Positions 17,236 through 27,740 of a stretch of DNA of 62,164 nucleotides are shown piece by piece. Position 1 is the stretch's first letter, and each line of letters begins with the position of its first letter. The notes under the pieces were generated by a model that saw nothing but the letters and a program-made list of their open reading frames with translations, was not told the DNA's origin and did no database searches. A program made the translations under genes and the position numbers. Source of the stretch: a virus (Duplodnaviria > Caudoviricetes); the IMG/VR virus record IMGVR_UViG_3300005662_000047, positions 1 to 62,164 of that record, one strand, 5' to 3'.

Positions 17236-20200
17236 GTGTGACACACCTTAGAATCTTTTTCTATTTTCGTTATTTCGATCAAAGTGTCTGCTGCATCCTT
17301 GATTTCATCCACGTGCGTGATGACCAGTATAATCCTGAAATGTTTCTTTAGACTAATCAATAGACGATTGCAGGCTTCTACTCCCGCTTCGTCCAGCGTA
17401 CCGAATCCTTCATCTACTATAAACATATCAGATTTCGGTAATGAAGAAATGTTAGCTAATGCGACTCTAAGTGCAATCGATCCGATAGTTTTTTCCATCC
17501 CAGAACACAATTCAATGAGTCGTTTTGAGTCTCCATAATTGATGTATATCTCAGTTGAGTCTGTCTCTTCTTCGTTTTCTAACTCAACCGTAAAGTCGAC
17601 AATCCCATGAAGAATTCTAGCTATTTCAGCATTTATTATCGGCAATTGAGATTTTGTTATCGTTAGTGGTAATCCTTTTTTCGAAAAAGCTTCACATAAG
17701 AATTCTAGAGCTTCCATCTCCTTCAAGAGACTCAATCTTTCTCGCCTTTCTTCTGAAAGTTTCTGGGAGTCTGATATAAGCTTTCCATACTGCTTGGCAG
17801 CCTGCAATTTCATGTCATCCCATGTCTTGATGTCACTAGACAATGATTCTAATTTGGACTTTGTGTTGACAATCTCATAGTTTTCTGAATTTTTTAGAGC
17901 CTTTTCTAGAGATTCTAGTTTTTGACGAGCAACAAGAGTGTTTTCTACTAAAGCTTCACAAGATTTTTTGTATTTTTCTATTTCTGTTTCTTTTTTCGAT
18001 ATTTCTAATTGAACAGAAGAATTCAAGCTTGCTGCTTTTTCGTGTTTCGTTATCTTGGCGGCAATTTCTTCTTTGTCAAATGCTTCTAGAGACTTCTTTA
18101 CGTCATCAAACGACTTTTTTACCGAAGATTCTCTTTCTAATTGTGACTTCAATGATTTTTTATCGACATGAGCATTTTTGATGAACTTGCATGTAGGATA
18201 TTCATCGTTGCAAGGGACTTCTTGCAACAAAGCTACTGATTTTTGCTGTCGTTTTAGTTCTAGCTCTTCCTTCTCATGCATTCTTCTCAACTCTAACATC
18301 GATTTTTCTATCGATTCTATAGAAGACATCTTTTTCTTTAAGTCGTTGATGTCTTCAGCGTCTAAAATCTCTCTAATAATGTTTAACTTTCCTTCTAAGC
18401 TGGCAACTTCCACTTCTAGATTTTTAATTCTTACAGAACACTCCTCACTTTGCTTCGTGAGATTGTCGACGGTTCTTAGTTGCGCATCTACCTCTGATTT
18501 TGTGACTATTTTTAGACCAGAACTATTTGAAATTTGCCTTCGTAGATCTGATTCTTCACCTTGTGCTATTGTGATCTTATCAGCTAGATGATTGATCTCG
18601 TCCTGAAGTGTTTCACAAGAAATTTTATTATTCTCTAAGATAGAATCCCAATCTCTATCTGGGTATGCTTTTAGCCTACCTTTATACCCATTTAAATCTT
18701 TATTAGCTAGTTCAAACATCCTATCAAACACATCTAAGTCTAAAAATCTGGATAATAATGTCCTTCTCTTAGACGAAGAAAGAGACAAAAATGCGTTTGT
18801 TTCACCTTGCGCCGAGAAAGAAGTCGTGAGGAAGTCGTCTGACGTGCCTATCAAACTGCGTAATGTCTTCTCTGTGTCTGTCCGTTGTTCGCCACATAGA
18901 TCTTCTAACTCTTCATCATTCATTCTGTACAAATTAAGAGCTGTCGAAGCATTGACTTGACCTTTTTTGTTATAGCTTTTAGAAGTCTGACGTTCTACTA
19001 CGTAAGTAGTGCCAGCCAATTCAAGTACAGTTCTAGCTGAACAATAGTTCTTTCTCACGTTACATACATGAATATTTTTTAAAGAACCTCTGTCTGTCGT
19101 GTTGTACAGAGAATACATCAAAGTACCCACTATGGAAGACTTACCGATCCTGTTGGATCCAAATATCCCAACTATTCCCGACAACCTATCGAAATATATC
19201 TCATTTTCTTCTCCATAAGAGAAGACATTATCCCACTTCAGATGTTTGATAGACCACTTTACATTTCTTACTGAATCATCGGAAATGTTGACGCTGGACA
19301 GGTATTTGGATACTTCTGCCTCTATAGACTTCCAATCTAATGTCGTATATTTGTTCTTTTTTCCGTAATCTTGCAGCAAAGACATTACGACTTCTTGCGA
19401 CCTGATGTCATTCTTTGCTATAGAATTGTCGCCTGATTTTATTGTTGAATTTTCTACCTTGATGTCTGACTTGAAAGTCGTCTCTGTAGCATGACAATTA
19501 TTTTTTAAGAATTCGGTCACAACATGCACGTCATGTTGTGACATCGGGATTTGAGTCTTTACTCTGAATCTAGAGTTCAATGGGTATTTTAAGGCTTTTT
19601 TGAAAAAGTCCTCATTAGATCCTTCCCATTCTACTGTTACATAAGGCTTCGGATTCGGAAGCTCTCTAAATTTGACATCCCATTGCAAAGAACTAGATAT
19701 TTCCCATAGCAAATATCCATGATCTAACTGCTCGGCATAGTTTTGTTGAACGGGTGTACCAGGATATCCTATCCACGGTTTATTATCCCTGTATCCCAAC
19801 ATTTGACGCTTATGAATATCTCCTAAGAAAGCAAAGTCATACTCTTTGAATCGCTCAGGCGTAAAACCCTCCGTTACGTCCCATCCGGTTTCGGTTATAG
19901 AACCAGCAACTGCGCCATGGAAGCACGCGATGTTGGTCATACCCGGTTCAGGCTTAACATCCTTCCACCCTTCTTTGTCGAAGAGACTGAAAACGCACCA
20001 ATTATAACCGGGAGCGAATTCATAGATTCCACTCTTTTTGTAAAGCTTAATGCGATCATTCTTCATCGCATCAATAATTGGTGAGACTGCGTCTTGTCTG
20101 GACGGGTTTATTAGATTACCGTCATGATTCCCCAATATCAAGTGAACCACTGATACTTTGGACATGGCATCCAACCACCACGTCATTTGTTCGATGTATT

Positions 20201-20369
20201 CTGGAGAAATGCCTGACGTCTTCGTGTGAAAGATGTCACCGCCAATGAAGATATGGTCTACGTCGTTCTTCTTACAATCAGCTATGAAAGACTCAAATAC
20301 AACCCTGTATTCATCATGACGACTCAACCCGCGCCAGTGAACGTCAGCCGTGTGGGCAATACGCAACAT
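17232..20369 (-). CDS. sbcCD: fused SbcD/Mre11 nuclease - SbcC/Rad50 ATPase (gp47-gp46 fusion)
   Basis: ADVH, GGDIFH, GNHD, FHG, GDIH metallophosphoesterase motifs, then Walker A GSNRIGKSS, coiled coil, CSGME signature, IVDEGFGTLD Walker B, ITH. Confidence 0.93.
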   Translation of the reverse strand: MLRIAHTADVHWRGLSRHDEYRVVFESFIADCKKNDVDHIFIGGDIFHTKTSGISPEYIEQMTWWLDAMSKVSVVHLILGNHDGNLINPSRQDAVSPIIDAMKNDRIKLYKKSGIYEFAPGYNWCVFSLFDKEGWKDVKPEPGMTNIACFHGAVAGSITETGWDVTEGFTPERFKEYDFAFLGDIHKRQMLGYRDNKPWIGYPGTPVQQNYAEQLDHGYLLWEISSSLQWDVKFRELPNPKPYVTVEWEGSNEDFFKKALKYPLNSRFRVKTQIPMSQHDVHVVTEFLKNNCHATETTFKSDIKVENSTIKSGDNSIAKNDIRSQEVVMSLLQDYGKKNKYTTLDWKSIEAEVSKYLSSVNISDDSVRNVKWSIKHLKWDNVFSYGEENEIYFDRLSGIVGIFGSNRIGKSSIVGTLMYSLYNTTDRGSLKNIHVCNVRKNYCSARTVLELAGTTYVVERQTSKSYNKKGQVNASTALNLYRMNDEELEDLCGEQRTDTEKTLRSLIGTSDDFLTTSFSAQGETNAFLSLSSSKRRTLLSRFLDLDVFDRMFELANKDLNGYKGRLKAYPDRDWDSILENNKISCETLQDEINHLADKITIAQGEESDLRRQISNSSGLKIVTKSEVDAQLRTVDNLTKQSEECSVRIKNLEVEVASLEGKLNIIREILDAEDINDLKKKMSSIESIEKSMLELRRMHEKEELELKRQQKSVALLQEVPCNDEYPTCKFIKNAHVDKKSLKSQLERESSVKKSFDDVKKSLEAFDKEEIAAKITKHEKAASLNSSVQLEISKKETEIEKYKKSCEALVENTLVARQKLESLEKALKNSENYEIVNTKSKLESLSSDIKTWDDMKLQAAKQYGKLISDSQKLSEERRERLSLLKEMEALEFLCEAFSKKGLPLTITKSQLPIINAEIARILHGIVDFTVELENEEETDSTEIYINYGDSKRLIELCSGMEKTIGSIALRVALANISSLPKSDMFIVDEGFGTLDEAGVEACNRLLISLKKHFRIILVITHVDEIKDAADTLIEITKIEKDSKVCHT

Positions 20370-20401
20370 TTCTAGTATTGTAACTTACAAAAATGTTATG
20401 T

Positions 20402-21340
20402 TTAGACGACGGACTTTGCAGTATTGACAATTTTATAGACGTCAGAAGCTCCCTTAGCTAGTTCTATTCCCTTTACTGTCGTTGCAGTTCCTTCTATGAA
20501 ACCCAATAATGACGCCCCGGCCTTGACGGCACCAGCTAATCCTTGGAATGCAAAGTATATAAGCATAGCCTTATAGATGAGTTCATCTGTTTTTTGTCTA
20601 GCCTTTGTCGGTTCTCCTTTCGCAGAATACTCTTCGTACGACAAAAGAGATTTATCGCCCGTTACGTAAAACCCTTTTTTGGCTAGAAAAGAATAGACAA
20701 CGTAAGAAAGCCTGTTAGGTACAATGTAGTCTATAACTTTCGATTCAAAAGCATGAGTGACATGTTCGGCCTTCTCGAATATTTCTGCTGCTTTTTCTGC
20801 TCCTAAGTAATTTGCTAACTTGGTCAGTCCTTTGAAAAGCAAAGGTAAACCTCCGACTATGGCTAAACCTATACCTAAAATACCTACGATTCCTGCCTCG
20901 TTTATGACATAGTTTTTTCTAACGTAACGATCGTCAGAGAGCACAGCATACATTTCGCTCAACTGCTTCGCATTTGCATGAACAGGACCTTGCAAGTCTG
21001 CTTCTACAGCTTGCAAAGGTTTTATTGCACTCAAGTCTTTTGCTGCACGTAATGCATCGTCTAGAGGAATAGACTCACCAGAAGATTTCATTCCTTCTTT
21101 TACTGCTTCGATGACGTCTAAGACTTCAGGAGGAAGTGTTTGTAGAGCCTCCATTTTTTCAGATATCGTTTGAGCCCACTTGTCAGCCGCACCAGAAAAT
21201 GCGTCGGAGACAGCAGAAGATAGCTTTTTTAACCCATCTTTTACATCATCCCACATTCCTTCTTCAATGAGGTGTTGAATTGCTATCTCGTCTCTTATTA
21301 TTTTTCTGAGACTAGCTTCTGAAATTATAGCTTTTTTCAC
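20402..21340 (-). CDS. putative internal virion protein with hydrophobic helices
   Basis: ISEASLRKIIRDEI..LIEEG N-terminus; hydrophobic GIVGILGIGLAIVGGLPLLF and AMLIYFAFQGLAGAV segments. Confidence 0.65.
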   Translation of the reverse strand: MKKAIISEASLRKIIRDEIAIQHLIEEGMWDDVKDGLKKLSSAVSDAFSGAADKWAQTISEKMEALQTLPPEVLDVIEAVKEGMKSSGESIPLDDALRAAKDLSAIKPLQAVEADLQGPVHANAKQLSEMYAVLSDDRYVRKNYVINEAGIVGILGIGLAIVGGLPLLFKGLTKLANYLGAEKAAEIFEKAEHVTHAFESKVIDYIVPNRLSYVVYSFLAKKGFYVTGDKSLLSYEEYSAKGEPTKARQKTDELIYKAMLIYFAFQGLAGAVKAGASLLGFIEGTATTVKGIELAKGASDVYKIVNTAKSVV

Positions 21341-21355
21341 AACATTAACTATTGT

Positions 21356-22339
21356 CTATATACCAAATTTAACAGCAGATGCATTACGTAACTTTCTTGC
21401 AAAATTGTCATTCCAGGTGATTTGTTTCGCTTCTTTCAAAACATCGTTAAACTCCGATTTTGACATAGATCCTGGATCTCCCCAGGGGCGCACGTCTACG
21501 ACAACAACATCTATGTTGTATTCTTCTAGCTTTTTGACTATTTTGGGAGTCTTTTTATCCCACATGTCTCCATCAAGAGACAATGCTATTGGAGTCTCAT
21601 TCAACAAAATCTTATTAAAGATTTCGTGGCGCTCATCTAGATCTGATCCGAGCAATGCTGTAGAATTTTCAGGACATTTTACTAAGTCAAATGCACCCTC
21701 TACCAGCGTCAATCTTTTTGACCAGTCAACGTTTATTTCATTAAACACTATGGGATTTTTGTCGATATCTGGATTGTCGTACTTCGGTTTCTTGTCTTTG
21801 TCTATAGATCTTGCTACGAAGTAGTTCAGTTCGCCATTCTCGTCGAATGAAGGCATGATTACTCGTCTCTTCCATCTCATTTCATTAGAGACGCCCAATT
21901 TGAAATACCAAACGTCCCTGTCCGATAAACCCCTAGAATAAATGTATCTCCAACAAGCTTTTACGTCTGGATCTGACTCATTTGCTAAAGTCAATAACGT
22001 AAAGTCTTCAGGCAATTTTACCTTTTGCTTTTGTTCCAACTCCCCAGTTATTAGTTGCGCGTCTTTGTCCGTTATTCCAAATAGTTCTTTGAAAGCAAAG
22101 ACATGATTTTCTGATCCAAATTTCTTAATTAAGGGAATGATACTACGTGCCTTCCATCCACAAACCCAGCAATGATTTGCGCTAGTGTCTGTTCGAATGG
22201 ACAGCTTCTTTTTCGTTGGGTCCGTGGGGGCGCATATCGGACAACGAACATCAAAATTGATACCATTAGATGATATTCGACCCTTACCGAATATCGATTC
22301 AAAAAAAGTAATACTATCGGAGACCGAACGAATGGCCAC
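21356..22339 (-). CDS. DNA primase (zinc ribbon + TOPRIM)
   Basis: CPIC..HCWVC zinc site, RVIMP..YFVAR, KY.NP, LVEGAFD, DGD, DPG. Confidence 0.92.
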   Translation of the reverse strand: MAIRSVSDSITFFESIFGKGRISSNGINFDVRCPICAPTDPTKKKLSIRTDTSANHCWVCGWKARSIIPLIKKFGSENHVFAFKELFGITDKDAQLITGELEQKQKVKLPEDFTLLTLANESDPDVKACWRYIYSRGLSDRDVWYFKLGVSNEMRWKRRVIMPSFDENGELNYFVARSIDKDKKPKYDNPDIDKNPIVFNEINVDWSKRLTLVEGAFDLVKCPENSTALLGSDLDERHEIFNKILLNETPIALSLDGDMWDKKTPKIVKKLEEYNIDVVVVDVRPWGDPGSMSKSEFNDVLKEAKQITWNDNFARKLRNASAVKFGI

Positions 22340-22371
22340 GGTATAACCGTAACATCAACAGAAGCGGATGT

Positions 22372-22926
22372 TCACACAAGGCACGCTGCTCGGGCAATCA
22401 CATATGCATCTGTCATGTCTCTCGAAGCGTCGATGGGAGAACCGTTCTTTTTCTTTGGCCAGTCTACATGCTTCAGGTCGTTCTCTGACATGTGTTTGAA
22501 GACTTGTTCCTTGCCGTTCATTCCTGCGATCGAAGTTCGTTGCATCTTTATTCCACATAGCTTTCTTGCGCTGGCTGATGATATATAAACGGGATCTATC
22601 TCAAAGATTCTCCTACCAATGTATGAGACGATTCCATTGAACCTCATTAGTGTGGTGATTGTGGTTGCAGACGACATTCCTTTTTGAAATCCAAGGAGAG
22701 GTTCCTCTAAGGCAAAGACAGTCGGGGCGATTTTCTGTCGGTGGATGATGTCTGATAGGACAGACTCTATGACATCAGCCTTCTCCCAGAACGTCTTACA
22801 CTTCTTGAAGTCTACTTTGTCCAATAGCAGGATGTGGGACCCTTTATCATCAGGTGTTACAGAAGAATCAAGGACACACACACCGGTAACTGAAGTTGAC
22901 ACATCTAGCCCTAAAATTATGCTCAT
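22372..22926 (-). CDS. ruvC: RuvC-like Holliday junction resolvase
   Basis: ILGLDVSTSVTG, ALEE, ARKLCG, KEQV, DMTDAYVIA; start at ATGA overlap (22926). Confidence 0.88.
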   Translation of the reverse strand: MSIILGLDVSTSVTGVCVLDSSVTPDDKGSHILLLDKVDFKKCKTFWEKADVIESVLSDIIHRQKIAPTVFALEEPLLGFQKGMSSATTITTLMRFNGIVSYIGRRIFEIDPVYISSASARKLCGIKMQRTSIAGMNGKEQVFKHMSENDLKHVDWPKKKNGSPIDASRDMTDAYVIARAACLV

Positions 22927-23555
22927 ATGCCGAATATGCTGTTGTTGATATTCTTCTTTTTCCTGTAAAGGACGATGGGCTCTCCTTGAACTAAAACTTG
23001 AGTTTGCCAATTGTCATTTTCGACCAGATAGTCATCAACTGCTGGTTTTACGCCTTGCTTTTCAGTTTCAATTCTGCGGGAGGCTGTAGTAATCGACTCA
23101 TAACCTTCTCTCTCGGAATACCAAAGGTCTTTTTCTGACCACCTTCCGTGATAATCATCGATTATGACTATACTAGTGTCTTTCGTGATGCTGTCTAGGT
23201 ATTGCAGTTCTTTCTTGACGGTGTAGTAGTTGTGATCACCGTCTATTAAGACAACGTCAAATTTTTCTTCACTCTTTTCAAGGTCAAGTAACAATTCTAA
23301 ACTATTTTTTTGATATAACGTCACCTTCTGATCATCACTCATGTCGATGTTTTTGAGAGTGATCATGAGTTGCTCCTGCAGCTTAATGTCAACACCAATA
23401 AACTCAAATTTTTTATGCCATCTGCTAAGAAAAACTACCAAAGGAATTGTCGTGATTCCTTTGTCAAGACCTATCTCTAACACTTTGGGTTCATTAATTC
23501 CAGATAGATATCTTTTTATAGCTGGTATGTAGCCATGATAAGCCATGCTTATCAT
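22923..23555 (-). CDS. class I SAM-dependent methyltransferase (Methyltransf_24-like)
   Basis: VLEIGLDKG, GVD, LIDGDHNY, IIDDY. Confidence 0.85.
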   Translation of the reverse strand: MISMAYHGYIPAIKRYLSGINEPKVLEIGLDKGITTIPLVVFLSRWHKKFEFIGVDIKLQEQLMITLKNIDMSDDQKVTLYQKNSLELLLDLEKSEEKFDVVLIDGDHNYYTVKKELQYLDSITKDTSIVIIDDYHGRWSEKDLWYSEREGYESITTASRRIETEKQGVKPAVDDYLVENDNWQTQVLVQGEPIVLYRKKKNINNSIFGI

Positions 23556-23616
23556 TATTGCCTTCTTGCGTCCTGAGTAAACTTATTTCATCTAGAATGA
23601 CCTAAGATAATCATTA

Positions 23617-24015
23617 TCAAATAATCTTTAGTTCTTTTAGTTCTATTTCAGTCAACACCAGGAAAGTGGCACCATGCATCTCACACCATTGTTCTGCGGC
23701 TTTTGACTTCTTCTTGACAGCGACGGTGTCAAGTTTTCTTTTTTGTTTGATCTCTATGACTCTCTTAGTTCCGTCTTTATATTCAACAAAAAAATCAGGA
23801 TAGTATTTTCTAATTCGTCCCGACGACTTGTTAGAGACATATTCTATGATAAGTTTTTCATAGGACCACTTGACGACTTGTTCGTCAGAGTCTAGATGTA
23901 ACATATATTTTTGCTCCCACCCACTTCTAAATTTACATTCTCCAGCGGTTGGTGAGATATGGATGCCTCTCTGGTATCTATTTTTTTTCTTTCTTTTTCT
24001 TTTTTTTTGAATCAT
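23617..24015 (-). CDS. head completion nuclease, T4 gp4 / TnsA-like
   Basis: FRSGWE, WSYE, YYPDF, IEIK, LTE. Confidence 0.88.
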   Translation of the reverse strand: MIQKKRKRKKKNRYQRGIHISPTAGECKFRSGWEQKYMLHLDSDEQVVKWSYEKLIIEYVSNKSSGRIRKYYPDFFVEYKDGTKRVIEIKQKRKLDTVAVKKKSKAAEQWCEMHGATFLVLTEIELKELKII

Positions 24016-24017
24016 TA

Positions 24018-26498
24018 CTAAAAATCGTACTTAATTTTGAACGCCAGCCGATCAGAGTGTCTTTTCATTACGGGTTGGGCTAGTTGCGTTTTCATGACTA
24101 CATTCAAGTTTTCATCATGAAAATGTAGACCTGATATGTAAACGAAGCTAGGATCACTTTCATTTGCGTTGTTACTAGAAGGCAAGTCGTTAAACGAAGG
24201 ATTACTGGAGGAGAGCAATTGATTTGCGGGGGCGACGACATCGAACCTCAGGACGTGTATGTTTTGCTCACCCTTAAAAGAAATTTCGAATTGCTCTTTT
24301 CCAAAAAAGTATAAATGAGGGCTTTTTATTACGATTATTCCTTCGTCGTAAAATATTGTGCCGACTGAATTCCAGGAGCAGTGTTCAGATTCAGAATCTG
24401 CCCTGTACAACGTTCCGAGGCCGTCATCTTTCAGTGTTATGGGAAATGCGCCTCCTGATCCCGTGATTGCGTAGTCTACCATCGTAAACGTTTTTGGAGC
24501 AATCTTGAGGCCGTAATATAAATTGCTTATGTCAAAAATAGTAATTTGATTAGAACTTTTGTCTTTAGATTTTTCTGCAATAGCTAATGGAGCTTGATTT
24601 TGTCGACTCAATGTAGCATCGTAACCATTATTTTTAGCGTCTAAACTTAACTTAGATAAGTAGCTAGCCAGAGTTGGACCCAAGGAATTTAGCGGATCTT
24701 CAGGTGTCACACCCAATAGAGTATCAACTATGCTACTCTTAGGGTCCAAAATGCTAGAGATAGGACTGTTAGTCAACATGTTGTCTAGATGTATGAATCC
24801 AGGAGAAAAATTTCCACTGTCATCTACTTGCGTCTCTATTTTATCTTCTGAGCCTAAGATTTCATAGTTAGGATAAAATCCCCCGTCGTCGCAAGGCATT
24901 ATCAATAAATTTCGTTTTATAACTTCAGGTTGATCATAAATGTAGTCGTTGGTTGAAAATCCTGGTTTTTCCGTCGTCACCGGTGACAATGACATGTTCA
25001 CGACTCTTGGTATTTGTTGCGTAGCAAAGTCTTTTAAGAAGTTTTCTATATTGATGTAGTGCCCATCTGATCCGAATGCTAAAGGAACGTTGAAAGGATC
25101 AGATGTTGTTCCTGACTCACTTATTTTTAGAGTTTGAGGTATCCCGCTTTGCGGCCAAACTGTTAAACTTCTAATAGGGGTTTTTTCTACAAAGAAAGGA
25201 GGAACGTAAAACGCGATGCCGCTATCTATCGACTCTAGTCCTTTTGAACAAGACAATTCTATATCTAGGTCGGTTACGTAATAGCGTTTTATCGTCAGGT
25301 CATGAAGTTCTGCCTTTAAAGGATGCGTCAATGAGTATGACGTTGGTTCTACCTCTGTTGTAGAAGGATCTAGCTGGAAAGTTCCATAAGATTCTGCCGC
25401 GGCTGCTGTGAAAAATTTCTTTATTCTGTCATTACCTGAGTTGGTACCTTCATAGTAATTTCCTACAAAAAGACCATCAGGATTAGCAGGATCTGTTGAG
25501 TTGTCGACGTACTCTAAGGGAGCAATTGTCCCAGACGGTAGGTAAAATTTTCCTCTTTCTATTCCGTCTACTACGAAAGAACCCGTCCCTAGATTTATTT
25601 TTTCCGTGCCCCACCGCACGACTACATGATGCCAATGATTATATTTTAAGGAGTTGTCATCACTCAAAAATATCAGGTCTTGAGGATAAGGACCACTGGT
25701 TGCCTGCGAAGGAGAGATGTCTGCGCTGTGGCTAAGTTGTAACTGTATCCTAAATCCTATAGGCAGACCGTTGTAGTCTTTTTGTGAACCCGTAATAAGA
25801 GAAATTGCGTAGCTAGAAGACAAGTGGAAGATTGTCCCAGCTTTGAATTCTCTATTTTCGTCTAATTTGTTGTACCTAGGGTTTAGGTAAAAATCAAAGC
25901 TGAATGGACCATTAGGTGTGTAGATTCCCTTTGCGCTTCCTTCTTGTTGAAAGTTGGGGTCATCATAGTTTGGATAAACTAAAGCAGAATTTTCTAGTAC
26001 AGTAGATGAAGTGAAAAAGTTGAGGCTGTTATAATTGCAATATGCCCAATGTGAAGAAGGAAATATACTTCTATAGAATTGAGATAAGTTGTCTTTTATT
26101 ACTAACTTCTTAAAATACTCTTTGGTAAGTTCGTCAGTCGCGTCAGTGACAGGTGTAGGGATGTATCTTTTAATGTCTAAGACTTTTTTCTTTTTTGTTG
26201 ATGTTTCTTTATTGTTTATTAATTTTAATAAATTCTCGACACCTCCAAATATGTTCGTATTCGAAGGTATTTTTGCTGAAGATAACAAGTTTTTAAAGGC
26301 TTCTTCTAGACTGGAATCATTGAACCACCCGTTTGCCTCTTCGGTCGCTGATGTTATTTCTTTTTCTATTGAAGAATTTCTTGCAAATACAGCAACTGAC
26401 CCAGTTGTTCCTAAAGAGCTAGACGAATAGTAACGATCGGGCCTAGTTACGACAGTTATTGTTTGAAAGTCTTGTTCATTAATCTTATAGATAGACAT
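24018..26498 (-). CDS. virion structural protein with LamG/ConA-like domain and collar/ring-type C-terminus
   Basis: FSFDFYLNP, WHHVVVRW, VVDG (LamG-like); C-terminus YISGLHFHDENLNVVMKTQLAQPVMK..FKIKYDF. Confidence 0.65.
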   Translation of the reverse strand: MSIYKINEQDFQTITVVTRPDRYYSSSSLGTTGSVAVFARNSSIEKEITSATEEANGWFNDSSLEEAFKNLLSSAKIPSNTNIFGGVENLLKLINNKETSTKKKKVLDIKRYIPTPVTDATDELTKEYFKKLVIKDNLSQFYRSIFPSSHWAYCNYNSLNFFTSSTVLENSALVYPNYDDPNFQQEGSAKGIYTPNGPFSFDFYLNPRYNKLDENREFKAGTIFHLSSSYAISLITGSQKDYNGLPIGFRIQLQLSHSADISPSQATSGPYPQDLIFLSDDNSLKYNHWHHVVVRWGTEKINLGTGSFVVDGIERGKFYLPSGTIAPLEYVDNSTDPANPDGLFVGNYYEGTNSGNDRIKKFFTAAAAESYGTFQLDPSTTEVEPTSYSLTHPLKAELHDLTIKRYYVTDLDIELSCSKGLESIDSGIAFYVPPFFVEKTPIRSLTVWPQSGIPQTLKISESGTTSDPFNVPLAFGSDGHYINIENFLKDFATQQIPRVVNMSLSPVTTEKPGFSTNDYIYDQPEVIKRNLLIMPCDDGGFYPNYEILGSEDKIETQVDDSGNFSPGFIHLDNMLTNSPISSILDPKSSIVDTLLGVTPEDPLNSLGPTLASYLSKLSLDAKNNGYDATLSRQNQAPLAIAEKSKDKSSNQITIFDISNLYYGLKIAPKTFTMVDYAITGSGGAFPITLKDDGLGTLYRADSESEHCSWNSVGTIFYDEGIIVIKSPHLYFFGKEQFEISFKGEQNIHVLRFDVVAPANQLLSSSNPSFNDLPSSNNANESDPSFVYISGLHFHDENLNVVMKTQLAQPVMKRHSDRLAFKIKYDF

Positions 26499-26514
26499 TA
26501 GAGCTTACCATGGA

Positions 26515-27729
26515 TCAGAAGTCCAATCTGACTCTAAACGTTAGATTTCTTTCAGGGTTTTTCTCGACTGGTCGGCTGAGCTTGGCAATTGCTAATAAGT
26601 TGCTAGCGCTATCATAAATACCGACAGACGTGATGAAAGTGAAAGTTTGCTGTACATCTTCTTGTCCTGGATCGATGACAACTATCCTATTGTCTTCTCC
26701 TACGAAAGTTGGATTAGATGAGTAATTGAAGTCATCTGCTGGTGCATTACAAAATATCAAAGTGCTATTGATATTTGTAACATTCTGGAAGACTAATGCC
26801 GATAAAGAACCGGAACTGAACCTAGTTCCGCATAGATGATCTACTATGTTATCTATAGATCCTGATACTAAAAAGTCAGGTATAAACTTTGCAGTACCTT
26901 CCGTTTCAGTTCCTACAGAACCCAAGACTAACTTACCTGTTGGTGACATGGCGTCAATCGTGCCAGATGCAAATTGACTACCTGAAATAATTTTTTCAAG
27001 ATCTAGAACGACTATTCCTCTATCATAAAAAATGGATCCGACGCATCTGTTCGTGTTAGAAGCGTCTAACAGTCTACCCAACGCTCCTCCGAAAGTAGTT
27101 GAATAGTTAGAGGATGCCCCTATGTCTGAATATATCGATAACCCTAATTCTGAAGTACTTGCTAGGTTGTTTATTAGTTCGTCTGCAGGGCCTCCGAATG
27201 TTGCTATAGACGCGGTCTGATAGAACTTCATTGCAAACGTGTCTTTTTTAATAGAGTCTCTAGTAAAAAGTCGTTTGAAAGTGATGAAAAAAGCTGCGTC
27301 AATTTTGTCGCTTACCGCTGTTGAATCATACGGAGCGATGAATTGTGCTTCGCTGTCTCCTAAAAGAGTCTGTGCGAATTGTCTGTATATGTCTAATTTT
27401 TCTCTCATCATGAGGGATGATGAAGGAAAAAGTTCTTTACCTGCTGTGTCGATACCAGAAAGTGAAGACTCGGCGACGTCTGAATTTGCAAATATTCCTA
27501 CGGTTGCATCAAAAATGGGATTTGCTGTCTGAAGAGTAAAGTCTTGATCATAGACAGTTTGAAACAAAGAAGAAGTCACCCCTGGTCCTACTCCTCCCGT
27601 GACAAAAACTTGGTATTTACGACGTGAAGAAGAGCCGCTTATGTCCTCTTGTATGACGTCGATTAATTGAGTCAAAAATGACTTTGCGGTCTTAATATCA
27701 GATGCTTGTAAAGCTTTAAATATTCCCAT
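26515..27729 (-). CDS. virion structural protein (tail collar/ring-like), paralogous C-terminus with 24018-26498
   Basis: GSIFYDRGI, FNYSSNPTF, ITSVGIYDSASNLLAIAKLSRPVEK..FRVRLDF. Confidence 0.7.
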   Translation of the reverse strand: MGIFKALQASDIKTAKSFLTQLIDVIQEDISGSSSRRKYQVFVTGGVGPGVTSSLFQTVYDQDFTLQTANPIFDATVGIFANSDVAESSLSGIDTAGKELFPSSSLMMREKLDIYRQFAQTLLGDSEAQFIAPYDSTAVSDKIDAAFFITFKRLFTRDSIKKDTFAMKFYQTASIATFGGPADELINNLASTSELGLSIYSDIGASSNYSTTFGGALGRLLDASNTNRCVGSIFYDRGIVVLDLEKIISGSQFASGTIDAMSPTGKLVLGSVGTETEGTAKFIPDFLVSGSIDNIVDHLCGTRFSSGSLSALVFQNVTNINSTLIFCNAPADDFNYSSNPTFVGEDNRIVVIDPGQEDVQQTFTFITSVGIYDSASNLLAIAKLSRPVEKNPERNLTFRVRLDF

Positions 27730-27740
27730 TTATATCACCA

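Noticed and set aside
22927-23010. N-terminal extension of RuvC in the ORF track (similarly for clpP, rmlD, 53311, 55865, 43942)
   Set aside because: Overlaps upstream genes or lacks an RBS; ATGA-coupled or RBS-supported downstream starts fit better
23617-24015. TnsA-like nuclease as sign of a Tn7 transposon
   Set aside because: No TnsB/C or terminal repeats; size and context match T4 gp4 head-completion nuclease
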